Shown here: piece by piece, positions 53,294 to 62,649 of the stretch
Position numbering within the stretch: the stretch's first letter is position 1
How the letters are laid out: each line of letters starts with the position of its first letter
Source: an uncultured Bacteroidales bacterium
GTDB lineage: Bacteria; Bacteroidota; Bacteroidia; Bacteroidales; JAGOPY01
Reading direction: 5' to 3'
Assembly (NCBI GenBank): GCA_964371595.1
Contig: CAYJNJ010000001.1
Location: 46,408-110,407 of the forward strand
DNA length: 64,000 bases
Notes under the pieces: generated by a model
Databases searched by the model: none
Seen by the model: only the letters and a program-made list of their open reading frames with translations
Told to the model about the DNA's origin: nothing
Position numbers and translations under genes: made by a program

Positions 53294-55546
53294 ATGACAA
53301 CAAAAATCCAAACACCGCTATACATTCCGCTGGAAGGAGTTACTTCAGTAAAGAAAACATTTCCTGTATTGCAAATGACCTGTGCTTCATGTGCAGTAAG
53401 TGTAGAGAGCATCATAAAATCACAAAATGGTGTTATTAATGCTGCTGTGAATTTTGCTACGGCAACAGTACTGGTAGAGTATCTCCCAAATATGATTCAA
53501 CCTGACGATTTGCGCAAAGCGGTTCAATCTATTGGTTATGACTTGCTCATCGAAAACGATTCTAAAGGATCAGAAACACTTGAAGCCATTCATGAGACAA
53601 AATTCAAGGAACTGAAATGGAAAACCATTTTGGCTTCTGTTCTTGCTATTCCTGTAGTTATTATTGGAATGTTTTTTATGGACATTCCCTATGCGAATGA
53701 GATCATGTGGTTGTTATCAACGCCTGTTATTCTATGGTTCGGAAGGGATTTCTTTATAAATGCCTGGAAACAGGCAACCCATCGCTCTGCCAATATGGAT
53801 ACACTTGTTGCATTAAGCACCGGTGTTGCTTATCTGTTTAGTGTATTCAATACTTTGTTTCCACACTTCTGGCAAGAGAGAGATTTGCACGGACATGTGT
53901 ATTTTGAGGCAGCCGCAGTGATAGTTGCATTCATCTTATTAGGAAAACTGCTGGAAGAAAAAGCAAAAGGCAATACTGCTTCTGCTATCAAAAAATTGAT
54001 GGGCCTGCAGCCAAAAACAGTAACTGTAATTCACCATGGTAATCAAGAAATGGAAATGCCGATTGAAAAGGTAAATGCAGGTGACATCATACTTGTAAAA
54101 CCGGGCGAAAAAATAGCGGTGGATGGAATTGTGACTAATGGCAGTTCTTATGTGGACGAGAGTATGCTAAGCGGAGAACCTGTTCCCCTCTTGAAAAAAG
54201 AAGACGAAAAAGTATTTGCAGGGACCATCAATCAAAAAGGCAGTTTTCAGTTTCGTGCCGTGAGAGTGGGCAGCGAAACCATGCTTGCGCAAATTATTCG
54301 CATGGTTCAGGATGCCCAGGGTAGTAAAGCCCCTGTTCAAAAATTGGTCGACAAGGTTGCCGGAATATTTGTGCCTGTGGTTATCTTAATTGCCATCCTT
54401 TCCCTGGCAGTATGGTGGATCTTTGGTGGTGAAAATGGCTTCACGCAAGGATTAATGGCATTAGTAACTGTGTTAGTGATTGCCTGCCCCTGTGCCCTTG
54501 GCTTGGCAACACCCACCGCTATAATGGTAGGTGTTGGTAAGGCAGCCGAAAATGGAATTCTCATCAAAGATGCAGAGAGTTTGGAATTGGCTAAAAATAT
54601 AAATGCCATAGTCCTGGACAAAACAGGAACCATCACAGAAGGCAAGCCTGTTGTAACTGATATTATGTGGCTGAAGAATGATGATTTGGCTAAGCAAATT
54701 TTATTCAGCATTGAAAAGCAATCTGAGCATCCTTTAGCCGATGCTGTGGTCAGTCATTTTGAAAAGCTTGCTCCGGTTAGCATTTCAGATTTTCAAAGTA
54801 TTACCGGAAAAGGAGCAAAAGCGGTTGTTTCAGGACAAACCTATTTTGTGGGAAACAAAAAACTGTTGCTTGAAAACAACATTGAGATTTCAGAACAATT
54901 ATTGGTGAAAGCCAAATCATGGAGCGATGCCTCTGTAACTGTCATTTGGTTTGCAGACCAAATCAATGCATTGGCAGTATTAGCCATATCAGACAAAATC
55001 AAATCAACATCTGTTGAAGCTGTCCAACATCTGCATCAACTGGGAATAGAAGTATATATGCTTACCGGTGATAATGAAGCAACTGCTGAATTTATTGCAG
55101 GACAAACGGGTATCAAGCATTTTAAAGCAGAATTGTTGCCGCAGCAAAAAGCAGAATTTATAAAAAACCTGCAGGCAAATGGAAAAACCGTTGCAATGGT
55201 AGGCGATGGGATAAACGACAGCACAGCATTAGCGCAGGCTGATGTGAGCATTGCGATGGGCAAGGGAAGCGATATTGCTATGGACGTTGCAAAAATGACC
55301 ATCATCTCATCCGACCTGAATAGAATCCCTCTTGCAATTAAGCTTTCTAAGCAAACAGTCGCCACTATTCATCAGAATTTATTTTGGGCATTCATTTACA
55401 ATATCATCGGCATTCCAATTGCCGCAGGCGTATTATTTCCATTCACCGGCTTCCTGCTTAACCCCATGATTGCTGGCGCAGCTATGGCGCTTAGCAGTGT
55501 TAGCGTAGTGGGTAACAGTCTACGGCTGAAATGGAAGAAAGTCTAA
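53294..55546 (+). CDS. copA: copper-translocating P1B-type ATPase
   Basis: 750 aa. It has an HMA domain (MTCASCAVSVE), the CPCALGLATP motif, DKTGTIT and GDGINDSTALA. Confidence 0.95.
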   Translation: MTTKIQTPLYIPLEGVTSVKKTFPVLQMTCASCAVSVESIIKSQNGVINAAVNFATATVLVEYLPNMIQPDDLRKAVQSIGYDLLIENDSKGSETLEAIHETKFKELKWKTILASVLAIPVVIIGMFFMDIPYANEIMWLLSTPVILWFGRDFFINAWKQATHRSANMDTLVALSTGVAYLFSVFNTLFPHFWQERDLHGHVYFEAAAVIVAFILLGKLLEEKAKGNTASAIKKLMGLQPKTVTVIHHGNQEMEMPIEKVNAGDIILVKPGEKIAVDGIVTNGSSYVDESMLSGEPVPLLKKEDEKVFAGTINQKGSFQFRAVRVGSETMLAQIIRMVQDAQGSKAPVQKLVDKVAGIFVPVVILIAILSLAVWWIFGGENGFTQGLMALVTVLVIACPCALGLATPTAIMVGVGKAAENGILIKDAESLELAKNINAIVLDKTGTITEGKPVVTDIMWLKNDDLAKQILFSIEKQSEHPLADAVVSHFEKLAPVSISDFQSITGKGAKAVVSGQTYFVGNKKLLLENNIEISEQLLVKAKSWSDASVTVIWFADQINALAVLAISDKIKSTSVEAVQHLHQLGIEVYMLTGDNEATAEFIAGQTGIKHFKAELLPQQKAEFIKNLQANGKTVAMVGDGINDSTALAQADVSIAMGKGSDIAMDVAKMTIISSDLNRIPLAIKLSKQTVATIHQNLFWAFIYNIIGIPIAAGVLFPFTGFLLNPMIAGAAMALSSVSVVGNSLRLKWKKV

Positions 55547-55719
55547 CAGACACCTTATGCGGGTATAGGTAAACCTGAAGCACTTATATATACTACTGAT
55601 AGTTGTTAAATAACTACTAAAAGTAGCGTAATTACAACTATAAGTGTTGGTATTTTTATTATTCCGGAATTGAATCCGAATAACTTTGCAGCATCGCAAA
55701 ACTAAAATAAATAACACTT

Positions 55720-56643
55720 ATGGAAACTACAAAAAAGATTGGCAATAAAATTGCCGATGCCCGAAAGAAAACAAATATTTCTCAGGCGCAGCTTGCCCAG
55801 CGCTTATTCATCAGTTCACAGGCAGTCGGAAAATGGGAACGCGGAGAATCAATGCCAGATATCATTACGTTAAACCGTCTGGCGGAAATTCTGGGTGTTG
55901 ACCTTAACTACTTTTCAGAAAACTTCCAATCCGTGACCAATGGAATTGCATCAGTAGAATCGCCGGATAAGGAATCGTCTGAATTGCCATCCGGAAAGCA
56001 AAGCGTGGCAGGGAAAAAGTTAAACTGGGATATGTCTCGCGGGAATTGGGTAGGCGCTGACTTTTCAGGATTGAAAAATCTTCATGAAAAATTCAGTTCC
56101 TCCAACATGCAGCGTTGTAAGTTTATCGGTTCGGATTTATCGGGACTTCTTTTAAAAAACAATAATGTAGATGCTTGTGAATTCTCTGGTTCCGACATCA
56201 GCAACAGCCATATTCAAGGTTCCAACTTAGGAAATATTATATTTAAGGACTGTTCCCTGAAAGAAACTGAATTTTCAGACAGCAACATCAACAGCTGCGA
56301 TTTCACCGGAGCCAATTTTACCGGGGCGACACTTAAATCAAGCAACTTCCTGAAAAACAAAATGGTTAATGCAGTGTGGAATCGCACTTCCTTTATTGGA
56401 ATGGCGATTGATGATATAATTTTCGATGGTACTATGGAGGACTGTTATTTTGAAAACTGTTCCTTTTACAGAGTGACATTCCGGAATGCAACGCTTATTA
56501 ACACCTTCTTTAAAAACAAGAGTTTGAAACGGATCCGGTTTATTGACTGCGAGGCCGACCGGATGACCTATGAATTCCTCAAAGCCGGGAAAGCTGATTT
56601 AACCGGCATCACGTTGTTAACGCCAAAAGGAGGAGATGAATAA
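55720..56643 (+). CDS. XRE-family HTH domain fused to a pentapeptide-repeat domain
   Basis: The N-terminus is an XRE-type HTH (ISQAQLAQRLFISSQAVGKWERGESMPD). The C-terminal half consists of A(D/N)LXX-type pentapeptide repeats. Confidence 0.8.
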   Translation: METTKKIGNKIADARKKTNISQAQLAQRLFISSQAVGKWERGESMPDIITLNRLAEILGVDLNYFSENFQSVTNGIASVESPDKESSELPSGKQSVAGKKLNWDMSRGNWVGADFSGLKNLHEKFSSSNMQRCKFIGSDLSGLLLKNNNVDACEFSGSDISNSHIQGSNLGNIIFKDCSLKETEFSDSNINSCDFTGANFTGATLKSSNFLKNKMVNAVWNRTSFIGMAIDDIIFDGTMEDCYFENCSFYRVTFRNATLINTFFKNKSLKRIRFIDCEADRMTYEFLKAGKADLTGITLLTPKGGDE

Positions 56644-56759
56644 TGCCGCAAAATGTAATTGTTTACTATGCATATACCAGGATAGTATTGAAAATGAGAA
56701 TCTCCTCCTTAAGTTTTATGAGATTTAAATTATAATTGTAAATTTACATTGACAGTCGA

Positions 56760-56830
56760 TCCGCCAGCTGGCGGACCTAATCGGGTAATCCTTCTGGCCA
56801 GGGCGCTATACTTGAGTGCTTGAGTTCATT
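56760..56830 (+). repeat. half-copy of the long attC-like element (3' arm only)
   Basis: TCCGCCAGCTGGCGGAC...GGCCAGGGCGCT aligns with 49630-49668 and 46549-46590. It ends at GTTCATT (56824-30). Confidence 0.45.
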
Positions 56831-56876
56831 GGAATAAAAGGTGACGCAAACAATTAAAGAAAATAAATCTTTAATA

Positions 56877-58148
56877 ATGAATATTATGAAAAAATCTGTC
56901 ATTTTCATTTTCTTAGTTCTTGCTATACTGAAAATTCAGGCACAGGACTATCTGATCAGTTTCGCAGGTTCAGGCGAAACTACTGAAGTTACCACCGTAA
57001 TAGTTGAAAACTTGACCAGCGGAGCTATTGTTTCCCTGAACGGGGGAGATATTCTACACTTGATCCCGGCATTGGGAATTAGCACCCCTGATTCCGACAA
57101 CGGGTTACTGCAGCTTTATCCGAATCCGATGGCAGAGCAGTCGATGTTCACATTTGTTGCACCGGAGGCTGGCACTGCAGTGATATACATCGCTGATCTA
57201 ACCGGAAAAACCATTTGCCGGGTCAGCACACCGCTTTCATCGGGAACACACGGTTTTCGCATTTCAGGGATAACCCGGGGTATATATTTTTTAAGAATCA
57301 CCGGGGAAAACTATGACTATTCCACAAAACTGGTAAGTCAAAGCAGACTGCAAAGCGAGGCAAGGATTGAATATGTTTTTTCTGTAAAAAATTCCGCCGA
57401 AAACCGCCCCAAAAGTACCTCAGCCACTATTGATATGGCCTATACCGATGGCAATACCTTAATTTACAAAGGTATTTCGGGAGAATACAGTGCCATTGTT
57501 ACCGATGTGCCAACCGGAAGTAAAACAACAACTTTTCCATTTTATTCCTGCACGGACAGCGATGGTAACCATTATGCGACAGTACAGATAGGTACCGGAA
57601 GATTCGCCCAGACCTGGATGGCAGAAACCCTGAAAGTCGGAATCGGGATCGACAGCACCCAGGTTCCAACCGATAATGGCATCATCGAATATTATTGTTA
57701 TCGGGACAATTTAGACCTATGCGGCGAATATGGTGGTTTATATACATGGAATGAGTTGATGGATTATACAGGGGTAGAGGGCTCCCGGGGTATTTGCCCA
57801 AACGGCTGGCATATTCCGACCCATCAGGAATTTTATGACCTTGAAAATTTCCTTGGCGGGCTATCCATCGCAGGAGGGCCACTAAAAGAGACCGGAACAG
57901 CCCATTGGATTGCAAATAATGTAGGTGCAACAAATGAAACCGGCTTCACTGCTCTTCCTGGTGGTGAAAGAGAAGCATGGGGTGGAAGTTACAATCGACT
58001 TGGCACGTATGCATATTTCTGGTCTTCTTCACCAGCTATTACCGGAGGATATTTCTGGTACCTGTCAATTAACAACTTCGAAGCAAGAACCTATAGGAAT
58101 GATGATATTCCTGAAAATGCTTTTTCTTGCCGGTGTATCCATGACTGA
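56877..58148 (+). CDS. FISUMP (Fibrobacter succinogenes major paralogous) domain protein with an internal T9SS-tail-like segment
   Basis: The C-terminal half (YGGLYTWNE...CPNGWHIPT..EF..L...AGG.LKE...W....GATNETGFTALPGG..) matches the FISUMP signature. Residues around 90-168 (LQLYPNPMAEQSMF...GIYFLRI) resemble a T9SS sorting domain. The start is uncertain (56841, 56877 or 56886). Confidence 0.7.
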   Translation: MNIMKKSVIFIFLVLAILKIQAQDYLISFAGSGETTEVTTVIVENLTSGAIVSLNGGDILHLIPALGISTPDSDNGLLQLYPNPMAEQSMFTFVAPEAGTAVIYIADLTGKTICRVSTPLSSGTHGFRISGITRGIYFLRITGENYDYSTKLVSQSRLQSEARIEYVFSVKNSAENRPKSTSATIDMAYTDGNTLIYKGISGEYSAIVTDVPTGSKTTTFPFYSCTDSDGNHYATVQIGTGRFAQTWMAETLKVGIGIDSTQVPTDNGIIEYYCYRDNLDLCGEYGGLYTWNELMDYTGVEGSRGICPNGWHIPTHQEFYDLENFLGGLSIAGGPLKETGTAHWIANNVGATNETGFTALPGGEREAWGGSYNRLGTYAYFWSSSPAITGGYFWYLSINNFEARTYRNDDIPENAFSCRCIHD

Positions 58149-58308
58149 GTCGCGCCGGAATTCAAAGAGGGCCAGGCGCTTTCGTCCAGGACAGGGCCTG
58201 GCCAATACCCGAGCGTGGCAATAAATTAGCTTAAATCAAATTTTTATCCACTTCCAAGCAACCTATTTTTTTAATTTAGGCCCTTCATTTGTTTTCAATC
58301 GCTGATCT

Positions 58309-59724
58309 ATGGCTAATCAAAGGAATTTGATCAGGACACTGGGCTTAAGTTATGTGATCATTTTTGTGGTTGCAAATATCATCGGATCTGGTGTTTACAA
58401 AAAGATTGCCCCGATGGCAGCAGAGCTGCATTCATCGGTCTGGATACTCATGGCATGGATCGTCGCAGGGATCATCACAATATTCGGAGCCTTGAGCAAC
58501 GCCGAAGTAGCAGGATTGCTGGCCGATACAGGCGGAGAGTATGTTTACTTCAAGAAAATTTACAATCGCTTTTTCTCCTTCTTATATGGCTGGTCGCTAT
58601 TTGCCGTCATCCAGACTGCAACGATCTCCTCCCTTGCCTATGTTTTTGCCCAGTCGTTGAACAGCATCATCCCAATTCCTGAAATTTTCCCCTCCCTGCA
58701 AACATTCACCATAGGTGGCGTATTCTTTCCATTCCAGGATTCCGGGGTAAAGTTGACAGCCATTATCCTTATCCTGCTTCTAACATTTTTAAATATCACC
58801 GGACTGAAAAGTGGTGCCAGGGCCAGCAAATTCATCTTATTGCTGGTATTCACAGGCTTGTTCGTGATCGTTGCCTTTGGATTGAGCCATGTCGAAACCA
58901 AACCTGCAAACTTCATGAATATCAGGGATCTGACAGGCGGAACCGTTACGATCTCTTCCTTTTTCACAGCCATGCTTGCCGCTTTCTGGGCCTACCAGGG
59001 ATGGGTTTCTGTCGGGTTTATCGGCGGTGAAGTTAAAGATGCAACCCGCAACATCCCGAAAGGGATCGTGATCGGCGTTTTTATTGTGATCTTTATTTAC
59101 CTTTTGGTGAATGTAAATTATCTCGCGCTTTTGTCTATTCCACAACTGGAGCAAATTTATGCATCAGGCAACCAGATTGCGGCGGTTGAAGCGGTCAGGA
59201 GTTTCTGGGGAACCGGGGGTGTGATGTTCATTTCCCTGCTGATCCTGCTGACCACGCTGGGATGCACCAATGCCAGTATCCTTACCGGCGCCCGCCCGTA
59301 TTATGCAATGGCCCGCGACCGGCTGTTCTTCCCGGCCATCGGGAAGCTGAACAGGACCAGTGTCCCTGGTAATTCATTGTTATGGCAGGGGATCTGGGCT
59401 TCGGTGCTGGTGCTGTCAGGAACATTCGACCAGCTGACCGATATGATCATTTTTGCTGTTTTTATCTTTTATGGCGCTACATCGCTGGGCGTATTCATTC
59501 TGCGCCGAAAGATGCCCAACGCATCCCGTCCTTACAAAGTCTGGGGGTACCCGGTGGTGCCGGCAATTTTCATTTTATTTTGCATATTTTTGTTTTTTAA
59601 TACCATTGTTACCCGGCCACGCGAAGCAGCCATAGGGACGATCCTCATTTTAGCCGGTATTCCGGTCTATCTTTTGCTGCAAAGAAAATATTCAAAAAAA
59701 GGGAAAGAGAATTCTGATGGTTGA
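58309..59724 (+). CDS. APC family amino acid permease
   Basis: It is a 471-aa, 12-TM protein. The N-terminal motif IGSGVYKKIA is typical of amino acid/polyamine/organocation transporters. Confidence 0.85.
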   Translation: MANQRNLIRTLGLSYVIIFVVANIIGSGVYKKIAPMAAELHSSVWILMAWIVAGIITIFGALSNAEVAGLLADTGGEYVYFKKIYNRFFSFLYGWSLFAVIQTATISSLAYVFAQSLNSIIPIPEIFPSLQTFTIGGVFFPFQDSGVKLTAIILILLLTFLNITGLKSGARASKFILLLVFTGLFVIVAFGLSHVETKPANFMNIRDLTGGTVTISSFFTAMLAAFWAYQGWVSVGFIGGEVKDATRNIPKGIVIGVFIVIFIYLLVNVNYLALLSIPQLEQIYASGNQIAAVEAVRSFWGTGGVMFISLLILLTTLGCTNASILTGARPYYAMARDRLFFPAIGKLNRTSVPGNSLLWQGIWASVLVLSGTFDQLTDMIIFAVFIFYGATSLGVFILRRKMPNASRPYKVWGYPVVPAIFILFCIFLFFNTIVTRPREAAIGTILILAGIPVYLLLQRKYSKKGKENSDG

Positions 59725-60610
59725 TTCATTGACATATAAACCCTGGGCATTAGCTACATTATCAGTTTCGAACATGCGCGCCTGGCCTGATGATACTTCC
59801 GAACTGGTTTCACAGGCCCTGATGGGGACCCCATTAAAGGTGCAGGACCAGAACGGCAAATGGTACCAGGTCCAAACGCCCGAAGGTTACACCGGCTGGA
59901 TGGATACCGGCGGCTTGCACCTTTGCACGGCAAAAGAACTGGATTCATGGAAGAAATCTGGCCGCTACTTTTTTAATCATCTTTCAGGATATGCTTATGA
60001 TACCCCATCATTAAAGGGCAATATTGTTACCGATCTCGTTCTTGGCGACATTTTCGAAGCCGAACCGGTAGAGAAGGAATTTTTGAAAATAAGAATTCCG
60101 GATGGCCGAAGCGGCTATGTTCAAATCGCCGACTGCATTTCTTTTGAAGTTTGGAGTAGCCTGGAACCAAGTGTACAGCCGGTGTTATCGTTCGCCAGGC
60201 AGATGATGGGCTCTCCTTATTTGTGGGGAGGGGCCTCAAGCAAAGGTTCCGATTGTTCGGGCTTCGTGAAGCTGGTTTACTATTCCCAGGGGATAATACT
60301 TGCCCGTGATGCTTCACAGCAAGCCAGGTATGGCGAACCGGTTGACATCAGCAAAATTGGCAGCTTGCTGCCGGGCGATCTGCTCTTTTTCGGATCCTCA
60401 CCACCACGGGTCGGCCATGTGGGTATTTACCTGGGAAATGGAGATTTCATAAATTCTTCAGGCAGGGTGCATATCAGCAGTATTATTCCCGGCGATCCGA
60501 AACATGTCCCGGCACGGATCCTTATAGCGGCGCAAAGGATCATGAATTCACCTGACACGGAAGGTATTACTTGCGTGAAGAGCCATCCATGGTACGTGAG
60601 TTATAATTAG
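59717..60610 (+). CDS. SH3b domain plus NlpC/P60 (C40) cysteine peptidase
   Basis: The SH3-like N-terminus is ATLSVSNMRAWPD...GTPLKV...GKWYQVQTPEGYTGWM. The catalytic region is YLWGGASSKGSDCSGFV...GHVGIYLGNGDFINS. It overlaps the permease stop. Confidence 0.85.
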   Translation: MVDSLTYKPWALATLSVSNMRAWPDDTSELVSQALMGTPLKVQDQNGKWYQVQTPEGYTGWMDTGGLHLCTAKELDSWKKSGRYFFNHLSGYAYDTPSLKGNIVTDLVLGDIFEAEPVEKEFLKIRIPDGRSGYVQIADCISFEVWSSLEPSVQPVLSFARQMMGSPYLWGGASSKGSDCSGFVKLVYYSQGIILARDASQQARYGEPVDISKIGSLLPGDLLFFGSSPPRVGHVGIYLGNGDFINSSGRVHISSIIPGDPKHVPARILIAAQRIMNSPDTEGITCVKSHPWYVSYN

Positions 60611-60619
60611 CCAGCATAT

Positions 60620-60711
60620 GCCACTAAATCACCAAATCACGGATTATCACAAAAGCGGCTTTTCAAGCTGGTTTCTTTTTGTGAATATTTGTGTTTTAGT
60701 GTTTTTGTGGC
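60620..60711. repeat. inverted word element of the GCCAC-N5-CAC-N5-CAC-N7-CAC family
   Basis: The left arm is GCCACTAAATCACCAAATCACGGATTATCACAAAAG. The reverse complement of the right arm is GCCACAAAAACACTAAAACACAAATATTCACAAAAAG. It belongs to the same family as 36398-36487. Confidence 0.7.
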
Positions 60712-62585
60712 TAAAAAATACTGTAAGAAATAAACTCATCAGTCTCGTTTTCCTGCTTTCAATAATAACCTGTAGCTTCATCTCCTGCAACAGCAACCAA
60801 CCCGGCCAGAGTCCGTCGATTGGAGAAAGATTAGGACTTGAAAGGGAAGAAAAGGACCTTTACAGCCCGGTGAATGCGATGCTCGTCCTTCCCGGGACTC
60901 CATCTCCCGGCGCAAGTTTCCGTATCCTGGCCACAGGGGGAAGGAACATCCGTAAGGCGAAGATCATTGTCAGCGGTCCTTCCGGTAACCTGGAATCCAC
61001 AGGTAGCACAACCGGCGAGGAATTACCCTGCTGGCGGATAGATGAATTTGCCGGAAGCCCTGAAGGTAAATATAAAGCCACCCTGGTTGTGGATAAAAAT
61101 GAGGTTTGCACCCTGGAATTTGAAATTTTATCCCCGCAGGGTATCCTTAACAAAGGTGTGGTTTGGAAAACGATAAAGGGCTGGGACAGCGGCATGGAGA
61201 CCATCTTTTCGGCCTGGGTTAATGCTCTATTCAAAGGTTGCAACGAACAGACCTCATGGTCTGCCCTTCATGAAGTGACGCAGGATAAAAGCCGTAATTT
61301 CCTTTATAACTATCTTTCCCTGGGAGAAGATGATCCTAACGGAAAAAACAGGGTGATCATGGAACCTGACTGTGCTGATAATCCGTATTTCCTGAGGGCC
61401 TATTTTGCATGGAAACTGGGGCTTCCATTTGGTTATCACCTGAGTGACCGGGGTTGGGTCGGAAGGAGCCCCAAAACAGGCCAATGGATCACCAATGAAG
61501 CTTCCTCTTCGAAAAGTAACCCGGTTATGGCGTTCAATTCCTTTGTCAGAAGAATTATGGATGGCGTCCATTCAGGCACGGCCCGTACTGCCCTCGATAA
61601 TGAGAATTCCGATTATTATCCTGTTGCACTTGACCGGGAAGGCCTGCGCCCTGGCACAATTTACGCCGATCCTTACGGGCACACGCTGATCCTGGTAAGC
61701 TGGGTGCCGCAAACCAAAGATCATCCCGGGTTGCTCCTTGCAGTTGATGCCCAACCTGATAATACGATAGCTATCAAACGTTTCTGGAAAGGGAATTTCC
61801 TTTTTAACACTTCCGAGGTTATCGGGGAACCGGGATTTAAGGCTTTCCGTCCTGTTTCATATGATAATGGTAAGCTAAGCCTTATGAAGAACGAAACGCT
61901 GAAGGCCGGAGCCGGTTTCGCCCCCTTTTCGCTTCAGCAGCGAAAGATGCAAAGCGATGTTTTCTATCTCGCTATGGAACGATTGATCAACCCGGATCCG
62001 CTTGACCCGGAAGAGGCACTGGCAGACCTGGTCCAGGCACTGCATGAGCAGTTGCTGGTCCGGATTAAATCGGTGGCTAATGGCGAAGCTTACCTCAAAT
62101 CACACCCCGGGACAGTGATCCCAATGCCTTCCAGTGCCAACGGCGTTTTTCAGGCCGGTGGGCTCTGGGAAGATTTTTCGACGCCCAACCGTGATCTAAG
62201 GCTCCTGATCGCAATGGATGCGGTGCTGGGTTTCCCTGACCGGGTTGCCGGTTCGCCTCAAGACTTTAAGATCTCAAAATCAAGCACTCTGGAAGAAATA
62301 AAGAACAATCTCCAGGCACTCCTGGATAGAAAGGTTACCGAACTTCAAATCAGTTATACCCGTTCGGATGGTTCATTGCAGGAATTAACCGTAGCTGAAG
62401 TCCTAACAAGAAGGGATGCTTTTGAAATGGCTTATAATCCTAACGATGGAATTGAAATACGCTGGGGGGCGCCGGGAAACAGCGTCGAAATGTCGACATG
62501 CCATCGCAAAGCCCCTCCATACCAGCAGAACACAATGCAATCGGTCCGGAAATGGTTCACCCAGCGGCTGCATCCGCCGACATAA
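60699..62585 (+). CDS. hypothetical lipoprotein, unknown function (about 630-655 aa)
   Basis: It is a long ORF with a lipoprotein-like signal (KLISLVFLLSIITCSFISC). The ATG at 60618 lies inside the repeat element, so the GTG at 60699 or TTG at 60705 seems more plausible. I recognise no domain. Confidence 0.6.
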   Translation: MFLWLKNTVRNKLISLVFLLSIITCSFISCNSNQPGQSPSIGERLGLEREEKDLYSPVNAMLVLPGTPSPGASFRILATGGRNIRKAKIIVSGPSGNLESTGSTTGEELPCWRIDEFAGSPEGKYKATLVVDKNEVCTLEFEILSPQGILNKGVVWKTIKGWDSGMETIFSAWVNALFKGCNEQTSWSALHEVTQDKSRNFLYNYLSLGEDDPNGKNRVIMEPDCADNPYFLRAYFAWKLGLPFGYHLSDRGWVGRSPKTGQWITNEASSSKSNPVMAFNSFVRRIMDGVHSGTARTALDNENSDYYPVALDREGLRPGTIYADPYGHTLILVSWVPQTKDHPGLLLAVDAQPDNTIAIKRFWKGNFLFNTSEVIGEPGFKAFRPVSYDNGKLSLMKNETLKAGAGFAPFSLQQRKMQSDVFYLAMERLINPDPLDPEEALADLVQALHEQLLVRIKSVANGEAYLKSHPGTVIPMPSSANGVFQAGGLWEDFSTPNRDLRLLIAMDAVLGFPDRVAGSPQDFKISKSSTLEEIKNNLQALLDRKVTELQISYTRSDGSLQELTVAEVLTRRDAFEMAYNPNDGIEIRWGAPGNSVEMSTCHRKAPPYQQNTMQSVRKWFTQRLHPPT

Positions 62586-62649
62586 AACCGCAATAAAAGA
62601 GAATCTTGTTTTTATATTACCTTTGCTTTTTTTTTACAGAAACTCACCT

